From positions 14,406-78,405 of the forward strand of contig JBEKJJ010000003.1 of assembly GCA_050011295.1 (NCBI GenBank): 64,000 nt of DNA. The letters run 5' to 3'. The DNA comes from Bryobacteraceae bacterium. GTDB taxonomy: Bacteria > Acidobacteriota > Terriglobia > Bryobacterales > Bryobacteraceae. Numbering within the stretch: position 1 is the stretch's first letter; every line of letters begins with the position of its first letter. The notes beneath the pieces were generated by a model, which was not told where the DNA came from, made no database searches, and saw only the letters and a list, made by a program, of their open reading frames with translations. A program made the position numbers and the translations under genes. Shown one piece after another: positions 1 to 9,494 of this stretch.

Positions 1-2
1 CC

Positions 3-116
3 GAGCAGTTAGGTGGAAAGAAATTGGTGGGACCAATCGAAATCCCCACGGGAAGTTTCGCATGGATGGCAGATCCGGAAGGCACGACGATCGGATTGTT
101 CAAGCCGAAGAAATAA
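3..116 (+). CDS. VOC/glyoxalase-family protein, C-terminal fragment (5' end outside window)
   Basis: Frame-3 translation EQLGGKKLVGPIEIPTGSFAWMADPEGTTIGLFKPKK ends at TAA 114-116. It resembles the last module of glyoxalase/bleomycin-resistance fold proteins. Truncated by the window edge, so absent from the ORF track. Confidence 0.45.
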   Translation, partial: EQLGGKKLVGPIEIPTGSFAWMADPEGTTIGLFKPKK

Positions 117-119
117 CCC

Positions 120-404
120 TCAAAAGGATTTGGGCCATTTGCGCGAGGCGTGGACAACTGCCAGAATCTGGATCGCACCACGGCGGAATCGATAGGGAAC
201 AATGAACGGCGTTCCGGAGACGACAAGTTCACGAGTACCTCTAACTCTTCCGACCCTGCCTGCTTCGGGGTGCCTTCTCAGCATGGAGACGGCCCTTTCG
301 ATGCGCTCAACGACACCGAACGCCGCCGCAGGATCGTCTGCCGCGATGTACAAGTAGGCGCTGTCAAGGTCGGCGACAGCAATGCGCGTCCAGTGGACGA
401 TCAC
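120..404 (-). CDS. parE: ParE/RelE-family type II toxin
   Basis: 94-aa ORF with ParE-like signature (IVHWTRIAVADLDSAYLYIA...GTRELVVSGTPFIVPYR...ILAVVHASR). Its start overlaps the upstream antitoxin stop by 4 nt. Confidence 0.8.
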   Translation of the reverse strand: MIVHWTRIAVADLDSAYLYIAADDPAAAFGVVERIERAVSMLRRHPEAGRVGRVRGTRELVVSGTPFIVPYRFRRGAIQILAVVHASRKWPKSF

Positions 405-637
405 TTTCGCCAGCGGGCGAAGGCAGCGGCGACCTGGGCCTCACTGGCAAACTCGCCAGCATCAGCCTGGCGAATGCCTTCTCGGATGTGCTCGATCTGC
501 CATTGATGAACCTCGAGATAGGCGTCGATCGCCTCATTCAAAAGGTAGCTGCGGTCCCGATCGAGCGAGGCTGCAATCGCGTCGAGCTTTTCTTTTTTGT
601 CGGTTTCCAGCCGGAAGCTGATCGTCTCACGGTTCAT
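401..637 (-). CDS. parD: Ribbon-helix-helix (ParD/CopG-like) antitoxin
   Basis: MNRETISFRLETDKKEKLDAIAASLDRDRSYLLNEAIDAYL is a typical RHH N-terminus. ATG at 637 is preferred over the ORF-track start at 655. There is a 4-nt overlap with parE. Confidence 0.75.
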   Translation of the reverse strand: MNRETISFRLETDKKEKLDAIAASLDRDRSYLLNEAIDAYLEVHQWQIEHIREGIRQADAGEFASEAQVAAAFARWRK

Positions 638-677
638 AGGCCACCATAATACCATGCAATGCGATGCAATGCATGTT

Positions 678-2018
678 TCACCCTAGCGGCAACAGCAGGC
701 GCGCCTCGCAGCCTGGACCGCTCGCGGCATTCTGCAGCGTCAGCGTCCCGCCATGAGCTTCGGCGATCTGGCGGCTCAAAACCAACCCGATTCCAGAGCC
801 GGTGGGCTTGGTGGTGAAGAACGGCACGAAGAGGTTGGCTGTATTCGGAAGGCCCGGGCCTTCGTCGCGCACCCACACCATGAGTTGGCCGTCCTGCCGG
901 TTCCAGCCAACGCGCACGGCTCCCTTAGTCTCGATAGATGCATCGGCGGCGTTGCGAATTACGTTGATCAGCAACTGCTCCAGTTGATCGGCATCCGCCT
1001 GGATGGTCAAATCCGGGCCGGGCGCGAGCATTGGCGGAATGCGAGTCTCGAGCGTCACCACGCGGCGCATCAAATCATTGACGACAACTGGCGCCAAGGT
1101 CGGCGGCGGCAATTTTGCCAGCCGCGCGTAGGCGCCCATGAAGCGGCTCAGAGCTTCGCTGCGGGATGCAATCACGGCCAGCCCTCGGCGCATGTCTTCT
1201 TCCCAATCCGGCGCGCGCGGTTCGCGGGCCAGCAGGTTTTCGAGGCTCCCGGCGATGGATTTGATCGGCGCCAGCGAATTATTCAGTTCGTGGCCCAGCA
1301 CGCGCACCAGACGCTGCCAGGCTTTCAATTCTTCCTCGCGCAGGGGACGCGTCAGGTCGGTGACGACTAGAAGCTGATGCGGCAGACCGCCTTCCCGAAA
1401 CGTGCTGCGGCCGATGCCCCAGCGAGCCATGCCGCCCGGAAAGTGATGCTGCACGGTCTGCTGGGTTTCACCTTCCAGATATTTTTCCAGGCCCAGCGAT
1501 TCGGCTTGGGCGCCGAGCAGCCTTTCCGCCGGCTCATTCAATAATCTTTCTGCCGCACGATTCACCAGGCGCACGCGATGCTCGGGATCGAACGCGAAGA
1601 CCGCGACATTGATCTCCTCCATCACCTTGCGAAGCAGCGTAGTGGCTTCGAGCGCTCCTAAACGCTGCGCGCGCAGCGTGGTGCTCATTGCGTTCACCTG
1701 TTGCATCACTTCGCCCATGGCATCGTCGTTTTTGCCGCCGCGCGCGCGGATGGAATAATCGCCTTCGCGCATGGCTTCCAGCAGATTAGCCAGCGTGCGC
1801 AGCGGAGATGCCACATGCTCGCGCAATGCGAAACAGAAGCCGAGCCACACTCCCACAATCAGCACCGTGAGCGTCCACTGCACTTTGGATGTGTAATCGC
1901 CCCACCACAGGATGATCATGCAGGTGATGACGGCCGGCGCGCCGGAGACCAACGCCATCAGGAGAACGCGCTGTTCGTGGACCAGCTCGGGCTTACGGAG
2001 CTTCATGGGCCGGCGCAA
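678..2018 (-). CDS. Sensor histidine kinase (TM-HAMP-PAS-HisKA-HATPase)
   Basis: 446-aa ORF with N-terminal TM helices, H-box LGHELNNSLAPI, and ATPase boxes NVIRNAADA, DEGPGL, GSGIGL. Start is either TTG 2018 or ATG 2006. Directly follows the response-regulator gene. Confidence 0.85.
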   Translation of the reverse strand: MRRPMKLRKPELVHEQRVLLMALVSGAPAVITCMIILWWGDYTSKVQWTLTVLIVGVWLGFCFALREHVASPLRTLANLLEAMREGDYSIRARGGKNDDAMGEVMQQVNAMSTTLRAQRLGALEATTLLRKVMEEINVAVFAFDPEHRVRLVNRAAERLLNEPAERLLGAQAESLGLEKYLEGETQQTVQHHFPGGMARWGIGRSTFREGGLPHQLLVVTDLTRPLREEELKAWQRLVRVLGHELNNSLAPIKSIAGSLENLLAREPRAPDWEEDMRRGLAVIASRSEALSRFMGAYARLAKLPPPTLAPVVVNDLMRRVVTLETRIPPMLAPGPDLTIQADADQLEQLLINVIRNAADASIETKGAVRVGWNRQDGQLMVWVRDEGPGLPNTANLFVPFFTTKPTGSGIGLVLSRQIAEAHGGTLTLQNAASGPGCEARLLLPLG

Positions 2019-3389
2019 TCATAAACCGTAACGCTGCAAGCGCCGGTACAGCGCGCTACGGCTCAACCCCAGGGCGTTGGCGGCGTGGCTCACGTTCCCG
2101 CTGTAACGGGCCAGGGCTTTCTTGATCAGGAACGCTTCCACCTCTTCGATGCTCATGTCCTCCAGCCGCGGGCTGCCCTCGCGCGAGGACCGCAGAGCCA
2201 GGTCGGCCGGCTTGATTTGACTTTCCTGCGCCATCAAAACAGCACGCTCGATGACATGATTCAACTCGCGGACATTCCCTTGCCACGGATTGTCGAGGAG
2301 TAATTGCATGGCAGCGTGATCGAAACCGCTGATGCGTTTACGATACCTCTGGGAGTGCGTGGAAAGAAAGTGGGCGGCGAGCAGCGAGATGTCTTCGCGG
2401 CGCTCGCGTAGCGGGGGCAGATGGATCTCGATAGTATTCAGCCGGAACAAAAGATCCTGGCGAAACCGTCCGCCTTGCACCTCATCTTCCAGATTGGCAT
2501 TGGTCGCCGAGATCACGCGCACATCCACGCGCTTGGTCTTGGATGATCCTACGCGCTCCATTTCGCCCACTTCCAGAACCCTCAGCATCTTGGCTTGCAG
2601 GTTTTGCGGCACGTTGGCGATCTCATCCAGGAACAGCGTTCCGCCGTCGGCCAGCTCGAAGCGCCCCACGCGATCGGCTTTGGCATCCGTGAATGCGCCT
2701 TTCACATGACCAAACAATTCGCTCTCGAACACGCCTTCCGCCAAACCTCCGGCGTTCACCGTAACCATCGGTTTTGAGCTGCGGGGAGAGATGGCATACA
2801 GCGTCTTCGCCACTACCTCTTTGCCAGTGCCGGGCTCGCCTGTGATCAAAACGTTCGCGTCCGACGGCCCTACACGCGAAATCATCTGCAGGACGGGCTG
2901 CATGGACGACGATTCGGCGATGAGCGAAGGGACCCCCTCAGCTCGTAGCAGCCGGTTCTCGGCTTCCAGACGCAGACCCCTGCGTATGGCGTTGCTCAGA
3001 TCGATCTGCGTTTTTACGATGCTGAGCAAGCGTTCGTTTTCCCACGGCTTTTGGATGAAATCGCGCGCGCCGCGCCGCATGGCTTCTACAGCCAGCCCGA
3101 CGGTGCCCCAAGCCGTCATCACGATGACCGGAAGAATAGAATCGATGGTCTGAATCCTCGACAGCAGATCCAGGCCCTCCTGCCCGGAAGTGGTGTCGCG
3201 GGTATAATTCAAATCCATCAGCACCACATCGAAGTCGCGCGTCTCGAGCGCGGAGATGATGCCCGCCGGAGAAGTCGCGGATTCAATCTGGTAACCCTCG
3301 CCCTTCAGCAGCAGGCGCAAGGCCTCGAGTACGTCAGCCTGGTCGTCCGCGATAAGAATGCGCGGGGCTGAATCAGCAAAAGATTTCAT
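2019..3389 (-). CDS. Sigma-54-dependent Fis-family response regulator (NtrC-type bEBP)
   Basis: 456 aa. Receiver domain (ILIADDQADVLEAL...MDLNY), AAA+ domain with Walker A GEPGTGKE and GAFTDA loop (GAFTGA variant), and C-terminal HTH LGLSRSALYRRLQRYGL. Confidence 0.9.
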   Translation of the reverse strand: MKSFADSAPRILIADDQADVLEALRLLLKGEGYQIESATSPAGIISALETRDFDVVLMDLNYTRDTTSGQEGLDLLSRIQTIDSILPVIVMTAWGTVGLAVEAMRRGARDFIQKPWENERLLSIVKTQIDLSNAIRRGLRLEAENRLLRAEGVPSLIAESSSMQPVLQMISRVGPSDANVLITGEPGTGKEVVAKTLYAISPRSSKPMVTVNAGGLAEGVFESELFGHVKGAFTDAKADRVGRFELADGGTLFLDEIANVPQNLQAKMLRVLEVGEMERVGSSKTKRVDVRVISATNANLEDEVQGGRFRQDLLFRLNTIEIHLPPLRERREDISLLAAHFLSTHSQRYRKRISGFDHAAMQLLLDNPWQGNVRELNHVIERAVLMAQESQIKPADLALRSSREGSPRLEDMSIEEVEAFLIKKALARYSGNVSHAANALGLSRSALYRRLQRYGL

Positions 3390-3394
3390 GGAAA

Positions 3395-3496
3395 CGGTTC
3401 TTCAGTTCCTCAGTTCTTCGGTTCTTTGGTTCCTGGCTTCCGCAGTTGCCCAGGGAGACGAACCGAGGAACCGACGAACCGAAGAACTGATGAACC
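3395..3496. repeat. Long imperfect palindrome built from 8-nt GGTTCYTC / GARGAACC units
   Basis: The left arm is five GGTTCTTC-like octamers and the right arm is five GACGAACC-like octamers. The reverse complement of the right arm matches the left arm at about 6-7 of 8 positions per unit. It fills the gap between the permease stop (3503) and the regulator ATG (3389). Confidence 0.7.
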
Positions 3497-3502
3497 GTGG
3501 TG

Positions 3503-5956
3503 TCATTCGTATCTTAGCGCGATCATCGGGTCTACCCGCGTCGCGCGGCGCGCGGGAATGTAGCTGGCTGCGAATGCTACCGCTGCCAGCAGCATGGAAA
3601 CCGAGGTCAATGTCAACGGGTCCCAAGGCTTTACGTCGAACAGCAGGCTGGCCATCACGCGAGTCAAAGCCAATGCCCCAGCGGCGCCCACCGCGAGTCC
3701 GATCAAAACTAGCGCCATGCCCTGCCGGACAATCAACTGCAGAACATCAGCGGCCCGCGCTCCCAACGCCATGCGGATTCCGATCTCGTGCGTGTATTGC
3801 GACACTGAATACGACATCACGCCGTAGATGCCGATGGAAGCGAGCAGCAGAGCTAATCCAGCGAAGGCGGCCAACAATAGCATGTTGAAACGCCGCGGAG
3901 CCACGGATTCTGATAGCACGTCCTGCATGGTCCGCACCTGGAACAGCGGCACTTCGGGATCCAGCGATCGCACGATTTGGCGCAGGTTGGAGACGATTGC
4001 CGCGGGATCCGACGAGGTGCGGACCGCGAGGTAGAACCCGTGTATCGATGAATCCTGCGGCATCTGTGGGATTGGCAGATAAACGCCTGGGCCGATGTCG
4101 GCAGCGATATTGTTCTGTTTCAGGTCGGCTACTACTCCGACCACTGTATGCCAGGTCCGCGTGGAATCGGCCGGCCCCCACTTGAATCTCTTTCCCAGGG
4201 CGTCCTGATTGGGCCAGTAGCGGCGCGCCATCGATTCGTTGATAACCGCAACAGGCGGACTCTTTTGGCTGTCGGACTCGGCAAACAAGCGTCCCCTCAG
4301 GAGTGAAATCCCCAGCGTGCGATGGAAGCTGGGCGTAACTCCGGCGAAGAATGCCGTAGTCAGCGATTTCTCGCCGGTGTCCGCTCGTCCCTCCGGCGTA
4401 ATCACAATGTCCCACTGGCCCATCAAGGGCAGCCCAGTGGCTGCGGCGGCCGATTTTACATCCGGCAGCGACTGCGCGTGCTCCAGCAACACGTTGTAGA
4501 ACGATTGCACTTGAACTTTGCTTTCGTATCTGGCTTCAGGCAAAGCAATGGACATCGTCAGCAAATGATCGGGATTAAAGCCAAGCGGTACGCCGCGCAG
4601 TTTCACAAAGCTTCGTAAGAGCAAACCCGCGCCTGCCAGCAATACCAGCGAGAGAGCCACTTCCGCCACCACCAAAACACTGCGTACACGGCTGCGGCGG
4701 AAAGCGGCGGCGCCACGGCTGCCTTCTTTCAGATCGGTATTGAGATTAGCTTTTGACACCTGCAGCGCAGGCGCCAATCCGAATAGCAAGCCCGTGAGAA
4801 TTGAAATCGCAAATGTGAAAGCCAATACCGGCAGATTCAACTCGGCCTCCGCTAATCGCGGAACATCTCCGGGGCTGAACTGGATCATCAGTTGAGTCAG
4901 CCAATATGCAATCAGCAATCCCACGGCGCCTCCCACCAGGCCGAGCAGAAGGCTTTCGGTGAGCAACTGCCTCACCAGCCGGAGCCGTCCGGCGCCCAGC
5001 GCGGTCCGAATAGCTACTTCACGGCGCCGGCCAGCCGCCTTCGCGAGCAGCAGATTTGCAACGTTGGCGCATCCAATGAGCAGGACGAATCCAACCGCAC
5101 CGAGTAGCACTAGCAGCAGAGTTTTGACATTTCCAACCGCCTGCTGATGTAGATCGGTCACAAAACCGTCGAGCGAAAACAGCTTTTGGATCGCCGGCGG
5201 ATAAGTTTGATAAATGCGGCGGGAAATACGATCGATGTCGGCGCTAGCTTGCTGGACGCTCACTCCCGGCCTGCGCCTGGCTACCACCGAAATGTTGAAA
5301 TTGTCGCCACGCCCCTCCGGGCCAACTCGATCGGGAGAAAAAGCAATGGGAACCCAGAATTCGGGCGCCGGGCCGCTCAATAAACCCTGCGTTGGAAATT
5401 CAAACTCTTTCGGCATCACGCCGATCACTTGGTGCGGCTTCTGGTCCAGCACCAGCGTCTTGCCGAGCACATTGGGATCGGAGCCGAAGCGGCGTTGCCA
5501 GGCCCCGTAGCTAAGTACGACTATATTGTCATGTCCGAACTGGTCCTCAGCGGTGGTGAACATACGCCCGCGCAGCGGCGAAATGCCGAGCAGCGGAAAC
5601 AGATTGGCGGACACGGCTGCGCCGGACACGCGCTCGGAGCCAGTACGCGTGGTCAACGTGTAGCTATCGTTGTAAAAAGCGGCGGCGTTCTCGAGAGTCT
5701 GCGTTTGGTCGCGATAATCGATGTAATCCGGAGCTGAACACGGCAGTTGCGGGTAGGCAGTTGCGCCAGTGAGCCGCTGCCACACCATCACCAGCCGGTC
5801 GGGATGTTGATAGGGAAGCGGCCGGAGCAGCACAGCATTGACGACGCTGAAAATCGCGGTGTTCGCGCCAATCCCGAGCGCCAGCGCCAGGACGGCGATC
5901 ATGGTGAAGCCGGGTTTCTTCAGAAGCATCCGGACGGCATAGCGTAGGTCCTGCAT
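3503..5956 (-). CDS. ADOP-family duplicated FtsX/MacB-type ABC permease
   Basis: 817 aa. N-terminus [18 protein letters not shown], two MacB-periplasmic-domain/FtsX halves, C-terminal [11 protein letters not shown]. The architecture matches the acidobacterial duplicated orphan permease family (TIGR03434). Confidence 0.9.
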   Translation of the reverse strand: MQDLRYAVRMLLKKPGFTMIAVLALALGIGANTAIFSVVNAVLLRPLPYQHPDRLVMVWQRLTGATAYPQLPCSAPDYIDYRDQTQTLENAAAFYNDSYTLTTRTGSERVSGAAVSANLFPLLGISPLRGRMFTTAEDQFGHDNIVVLSYGAWQRRFGSDPNVLGKTLVLDQKPHQVIGVMPKEFEFPTQGLLSGPAPEFWVPIAFSPDRVGPEGRGDNFNISVVARRRPGVSVQQASADIDRISRRIYQTYPPAIQKLFSLDGFVTDLHQQAVGNVKTLLLVLLGAVGFVLLIGCANVANLLLAKAAGRRREVAIRTALGAGRLRLVRQLLTESLLLGLVGGAVGLLIAYWLTQLMIQFSPGDVPRLAEAELNLPVLAFTFAISILTGLLFGLAPALQVSKANLNTDLKEGSRGAAAFRRSRVRSVLVVAEVALSLVLLAGAGLLLRSFVKLRGVPLGFNPDHLLTMSIALPEARYESKVQVQSFYNVLLEHAQSLPDVKSAAAATGLPLMGQWDIVITPEGRADTGEKSLTTAFFAGVTPSFHRTLGISLLRGRLFAESDSQKSPPVAVINESMARRYWPNQDALGKRFKWGPADSTRTWHTVVGVVADLKQNNIAADIGPGVYLPIPQMPQDSSIHGFYLAVRTSSDPAAIVSNLRQIVRSLDPEVPLFQVRTMQDVLSESVAPRRFNMLLLAAFAGLALLLASIGIYGVMSYSVSQYTHEIGIRMALGARAADVLQLIVRQGMALVLIGLAVGAAGALALTRVMASLLFDVKPWDPLTLTSVSMLLAAVAFAASYIPARRATRVDPMIALRYE

Positions 5957-5963
5957 AGAAAAA

Positions 5964-6731
5964 CTAGAAACGTCGCCGCAGATTGATGGTTCCGTTCACC
6001 GTCACGATGGTCAAATCGGGCCCACCGTGTCCGATCACGCCATCCGCGTGACGGCCGGCGTACTCATCATGCATGGCCAAAGGAAAATCGGTGTGGATGT
6101 GGCCATTCTTGGTCCCGGCGTGAACCTCCGCGGCTGCGCTCTGCGGCATTTCGAGCGTGATGCCTCCATTCACCGTTGAAAATTTCGAAGCGCTGTTGAT
6201 TTTCCCTACCGACGCAATAATGGATCCATTCACGGTCTCGCCAAACGCTGCGCCGGCGGTGCTCAACCGCACGTTTCCGTTGACGGTGTGCGCTTCGGTG
6301 TCGGACTGCAGCGCCTTGGCTTCCACCTGGCCGTTCACGGTCCGGCCGACGAAGCGTACGCCTTTCGGCAGACGCACGGTGAAGTCGATATTCACGTCGT
6401 TGCTGATGGAATTCAGCGGACTGCTTGAGCCGGGCTGGCATTGGGTGGAACGGCCGTTCGCGGATGGGTACACCGCGCAGAACGTGATTCCGCCATTGTG
6501 CTCCACCACCTGCACTTCAATGCCGGCGGTGTCGTGAACTTGCCCGCTCTTGTAGGCCACCACTTCCACGTCGTTCCCCGTAGCCGGTTCGGCATGAATG
6601 CTGCCATTGATTCCCCGGATCTCCACCAGTTGTCCGGCCGGCACTTTCCCTTTCCAGTGGAAGGCGTCATTACCAGCGGGGCCAAACCAAGCGGCCAAAA
6701 CTGTCAGCACGACGAACGTTGTCGAAAACAT
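5964..6731 (-). CDS. DUF4097-like beta-strand repeat protein (putative adhesin/LiaG-like)
   Basis: 255 aa with an N-terminal hydrophobic segment and repeated TVNG[SNG]I / VNGGITL strands typical of DUF4097. Tightly packed between two permease genes. Confidence 0.55.
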   Translation of the reverse strand: MFSTTFVVLTVLAAWFGPAGNDAFHWKGKVPAGQLVEIRGINGSIHAEPATGNDVEVVAYKSGQVHDTAGIEVQVVEHNGGITFCAVYPSANGRSTQCQPGSSSPLNSISNDVNIDFTVRLPKGVRFVGRTVNGQVEAKALQSDTEAHTVNGNVRLSTAGAAFGETVNGSIIASVGKINSASKFSTVNGGITLEMPQSAAAEVHAGTKNGHIHTDFPLAMHDEYAGRHADGVIGHGGPDLTIVTVNGTINLRRRF

Positions 6732-6764
6732 GTCAAATTTCCTTTCTAAAACGAACCGGCGTTC

Positions 6765-9179
6765 TCATTCGTACCTCAACGCGATCATCGGGTCCACTTT
6801 CGTGGCTTTTCGGGCGGGAATATAGCAGGCCGCGCCGGCCACCGCTGCAAGCAACAGCGGCAATCCCGCGAAGGTCAACGGATCTGTAGCGCTAACTCCG
6901 TACAGCAAGGTCGCAAGAGCGCGCGTGGCGGCGAAGGAAGCCACCAAACCCACGCCGATGCCGGCGAATACCGGAGCGGAACCCTGCCGCACAATCATGA
7001 GCACGGCATCATTCGGCCGCGCGCCCAATGCCATGCGGATTCCAATCTCATGGCCGCGCTGTCCCACGATGTACGAGATCACTCCGTAGATTCCGATCGC
7101 GGCCAGCAACACAGCCAAGCCGGCGAAAATCGTAAGCAATGCCGTTGAGAAACGCGTGCGCGCCAGTGAGTCGCTCAGCATTTCTTCCATGCTGGATGGA
7201 TTGAAGATTGGAAGGCTGCCGTCCAAGGCCTGCACATCGCGGCGCGCGGCCGCGAGTACGCTGAGCGGATCACCGGCGGCGGTTCGCATAACGATAGACA
7301 GGCCCGGAGCAGGCGCCTGCAATGCCGAATAGTAGATGGTGGGGGCGGGCGCCTCATTTTGACTATTGGCTTTCGTTCCGCTCACCACGCCAACGATGGT
7401 AAAAGCTTCCGAGCCTGCGCCATTGAAGCCCTTGCTCAACTGTTTTCCGAGCGGCTCTTCATTCGGGAAGAATTGTTTCACGAATGGCTCATCCACTACT
7501 GCTACTTTCGGCGCATTGAATCCGTCCCGGTCAGAAATTGCGCGCCCCTTCAGCACCCGAATTCGCATGGCCTGAAAGTATCCCGCGCTGGCGCGCCGGA
7601 AGGCCACATCGGGGGTGGTGGACGTCCACTTACGTCCGACAATATCGAACGATCCGCCGCTGCTCGATCCGCTGAACGGAAGAGCGTACACGGCCCCGGC
7701 TGCCGTCACTCCAGGCAAAGCCGCCAGCCTGGCAAGCAATTGATCTTCGAAGGCTGCGATCTTGGACGGCTGAGGATAGTCCACTGTGGGCAGACTAATC
7801 TGGAATGTTGCCACGTGCTGGGGATCGAAGCCTGGGTCGGCTTGCTGAAGCCGCACAAAGCTGCGAATCAAAAGGCCGGCCGAAATCAGCAATGTGAGCG
7901 AAAGAGCCACTTCAGCGGCCACTAACACGGATCGTAAACGCTGCTTGCCGGCGCTTCCCGAGGTTCCGCGCGAGGTCTCTTTCAAGGACTCATTCAAATC
8001 GGCGTGAGACGCCGTGATGGCTGGCGCGAGGCCAAAAATCAGCGTCGCGAGCAGGGAGACGAAAAGCGTGAAACCGCCCACGAACACGTTCGCCGCCACG
8101 TGCTGGCCTCTTAGCAGGTTGATGGGCCCGTAGCGCTCGAAAGCCCACAGCACCCATACCGAGGCCATAAGACCTAAACCGCCCGCGGCGATGGCAAGCA
8201 CCCCGCTTTCTACCAGAAGTTGGCGGATGATTCGTAGACGTCTGGCGCCCAATGCGATCCGGATGGTGATTTCCTTCTGACGCCCTGCCGCCCGCGCCAG
8301 CATCAGGTTCGCCACATTAGCGCAGCCAATCAGAAGCACCAGCGCAACGGCGCCCAGCAGCACCAGCAATGGAGTTCGAATCGGTCCGGAGACTTTATCC
8401 GCGAGAGGATCAGCGGAAAGCGACCAACCCTTCGGATACCAGTCCGCTCTCTGCCCGGTCATTTGCGCCGTGACGCGTTGGAGATCGGCCGTGGCTTGGG
8501 AAGCAGTGACGCTGGGTTTGAGCCGCGCGATCACATCCAGAAACTGGTGGCCGCGCGCATTCGGGACGACTTCTTCAGGGGAAAAAGCCAGTGGTGTCCA
8601 GAGGTCCGCGCCGCCCAAGAAAGCCAGCATCGGCCGCGTCACGCCAACTACCGTGTAGCTTTCACTATCGAGCTGGATTTGTTTGCCGAGCAGTTGGGGA
8701 TCCGCGCCAAAATGGCTGCGCCAGAACGGCTCGCTCAGGATTACTGATCTGTGACGGCCCCATTGTTCCTCTTCGGAAGTAAACGCGCGGCCCCGAATGG
8801 GTGGTACTTCCAGCAGGGAAAACAAGCTGGGGGAGACACGCATGCCCCGCACGCGCTCCGGCTGCCGGTCACCAGTGAGAGTGAACCGGCCGCGGGTGAT
8901 AGCGGCCATGTCTGAGAACGCTTTGCTTTGTGCGCGATAATCCAGGAAATCGAGTGTCGACGATTGGGATTTGAACAGCTCGAACATCGGCATGGTTTTG
9001 GCGATATCCACTAACTGCTCAGGATGGGGAAACGGAAGCGGATGCAGCAGCACCGCGTCGACAGCCGAAAAGATCGCAGTATTCGCGGCGATACCGAGCG
9101 CGAGCGTCAGTACCGCGACGATGGTGAAGCCAGGACTCTTGATTAAAGTCCGAAGGGCGTATTGAAGATCGCGAAACAT
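6765..9179 (-). CDS. ADOP-family duplicated FtsX/MacB-type ABC permease
   Basis: 804 aa. N-terminus MFRDLQYALRTLIKSPGFT, duplicated FtsX halves, C-terminal [11 protein letters not shown]. Confidence 0.9.
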   Translation of the reverse strand: MFRDLQYALRTLIKSPGFTIVAVLTLALGIAANTAIFSAVDAVLLHPLPFPHPEQLVDIAKTMPMFELFKSQSSTLDFLDYRAQSKAFSDMAAITRGRFTLTGDRQPERVRGMRVSPSLFSLLEVPPIRGRAFTSEEEQWGRHRSVILSEPFWRSHFGADPQLLGKQIQLDSESYTVVGVTRPMLAFLGGADLWTPLAFSPEEVVPNARGHQFLDVIARLKPSVTASQATADLQRVTAQMTGQRADWYPKGWSLSADPLADKVSGPIRTPLLVLLGAVALVLLIGCANVANLMLARAAGRQKEITIRIALGARRLRIIRQLLVESGVLAIAAGGLGLMASVWVLWAFERYGPINLLRGQHVAANVFVGGFTLFVSLLATLIFGLAPAITASHADLNESLKETSRGTSGSAGKQRLRSVLVAAEVALSLTLLISAGLLIRSFVRLQQADPGFDPQHVATFQISLPTVDYPQPSKIAAFEDQLLARLAALPGVTAAGAVYALPFSGSSSGGSFDIVGRKWTSTTPDVAFRRASAGYFQAMRIRVLKGRAISDRDGFNAPKVAVVDEPFVKQFFPNEEPLGKQLSKGFNGAGSEAFTIVGVVSGTKANSQNEAPAPTIYYSALQAPAPGLSIVMRTAAGDPLSVLAAARRDVQALDGSLPIFNPSSMEEMLSDSLARTRFSTALLTIFAGLAVLLAAIGIYGVISYIVGQRGHEIGIRMALGARPNDAVLMIVRQGSAPVFAGIGVGLVASFAATRALATLLYGVSATDPLTFAGLPLLLAAVAGAACYIPARKATKVDPMIALRYE

Positions 9180-9180
9180 C

Positions 9181-9222
9181 GTTTCTCGTTTCTAGTTCCT
9201 GGTTTCTAGTTTCTGGTTCCTG
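9181..9222. repeat. Heptamer array (GTTYCTN)x6 abutting the permease start codon
   Basis: The plus strand reads GTTTCTC GTTTCTA GTTCCTG GTTTCTA GTTTCTG GTTCCTG. On the coding (minus) strand this is CAGGAAC CAGAAAC TAGAAAC CAGGAAC TAGAAAC GAGAAAC, then G, then ATG. Confidence 0.75.
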
Positions 9223-9312
9223 AGCTCGCCGGGGTGCGGGGAACCAGCGCGAGCAACGCGACAATGCTGAATGTAGGATCCCTCCAGACGCTGTCCATAA
9301 TCGCGGTAGTGG

Positions 9313-9328
9313 TGCAACTTCGCTGCCA
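9313..9328 (-). promoter_or_regulatory. Candidate sigma-54 -24/-12 promoter
   Basis: The minus strand reads TTGGCAGCGAAGTTGCA (TGGCAG-N5-TTGCA), about 134 nt upstream of the permease ATG at 9179. Confidence 0.55.
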
Positions 9329-9412
9329 ATCACAACTTATGACTGGTCAGTTAGTTACAGGCGGGACCTGTTCGGTTGTGGGACGGGTGACGACGGAAAC
9401 GCACAGGGGAAA

Positions 9413-9494
9413 CCGTTTCTGGTTTCTGGTTCATGGTTTCTGGTTTGCCTCGGTAGCTAGAACCAGAAACTAGAAACCAGAAACTAGGAACTGG
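9413..9494. repeat. Heptamer-periodic palindrome: (GGTTTCT)n, loop, (AGAAACY)n
   Basis: Left arm CCGTTTCTGGTTTCTGGTTCATGGTTTCTGGTTTG, right arm CTAGAACCAGAAACTAGAAACCAGAAACTAGGAACTGG. The arms are largely complementary. The element overlaps the stop codon of the ATPase gene (9484-9486), so it could be an intercistronic hairpin. No U-tract follows. Confidence 0.7.
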
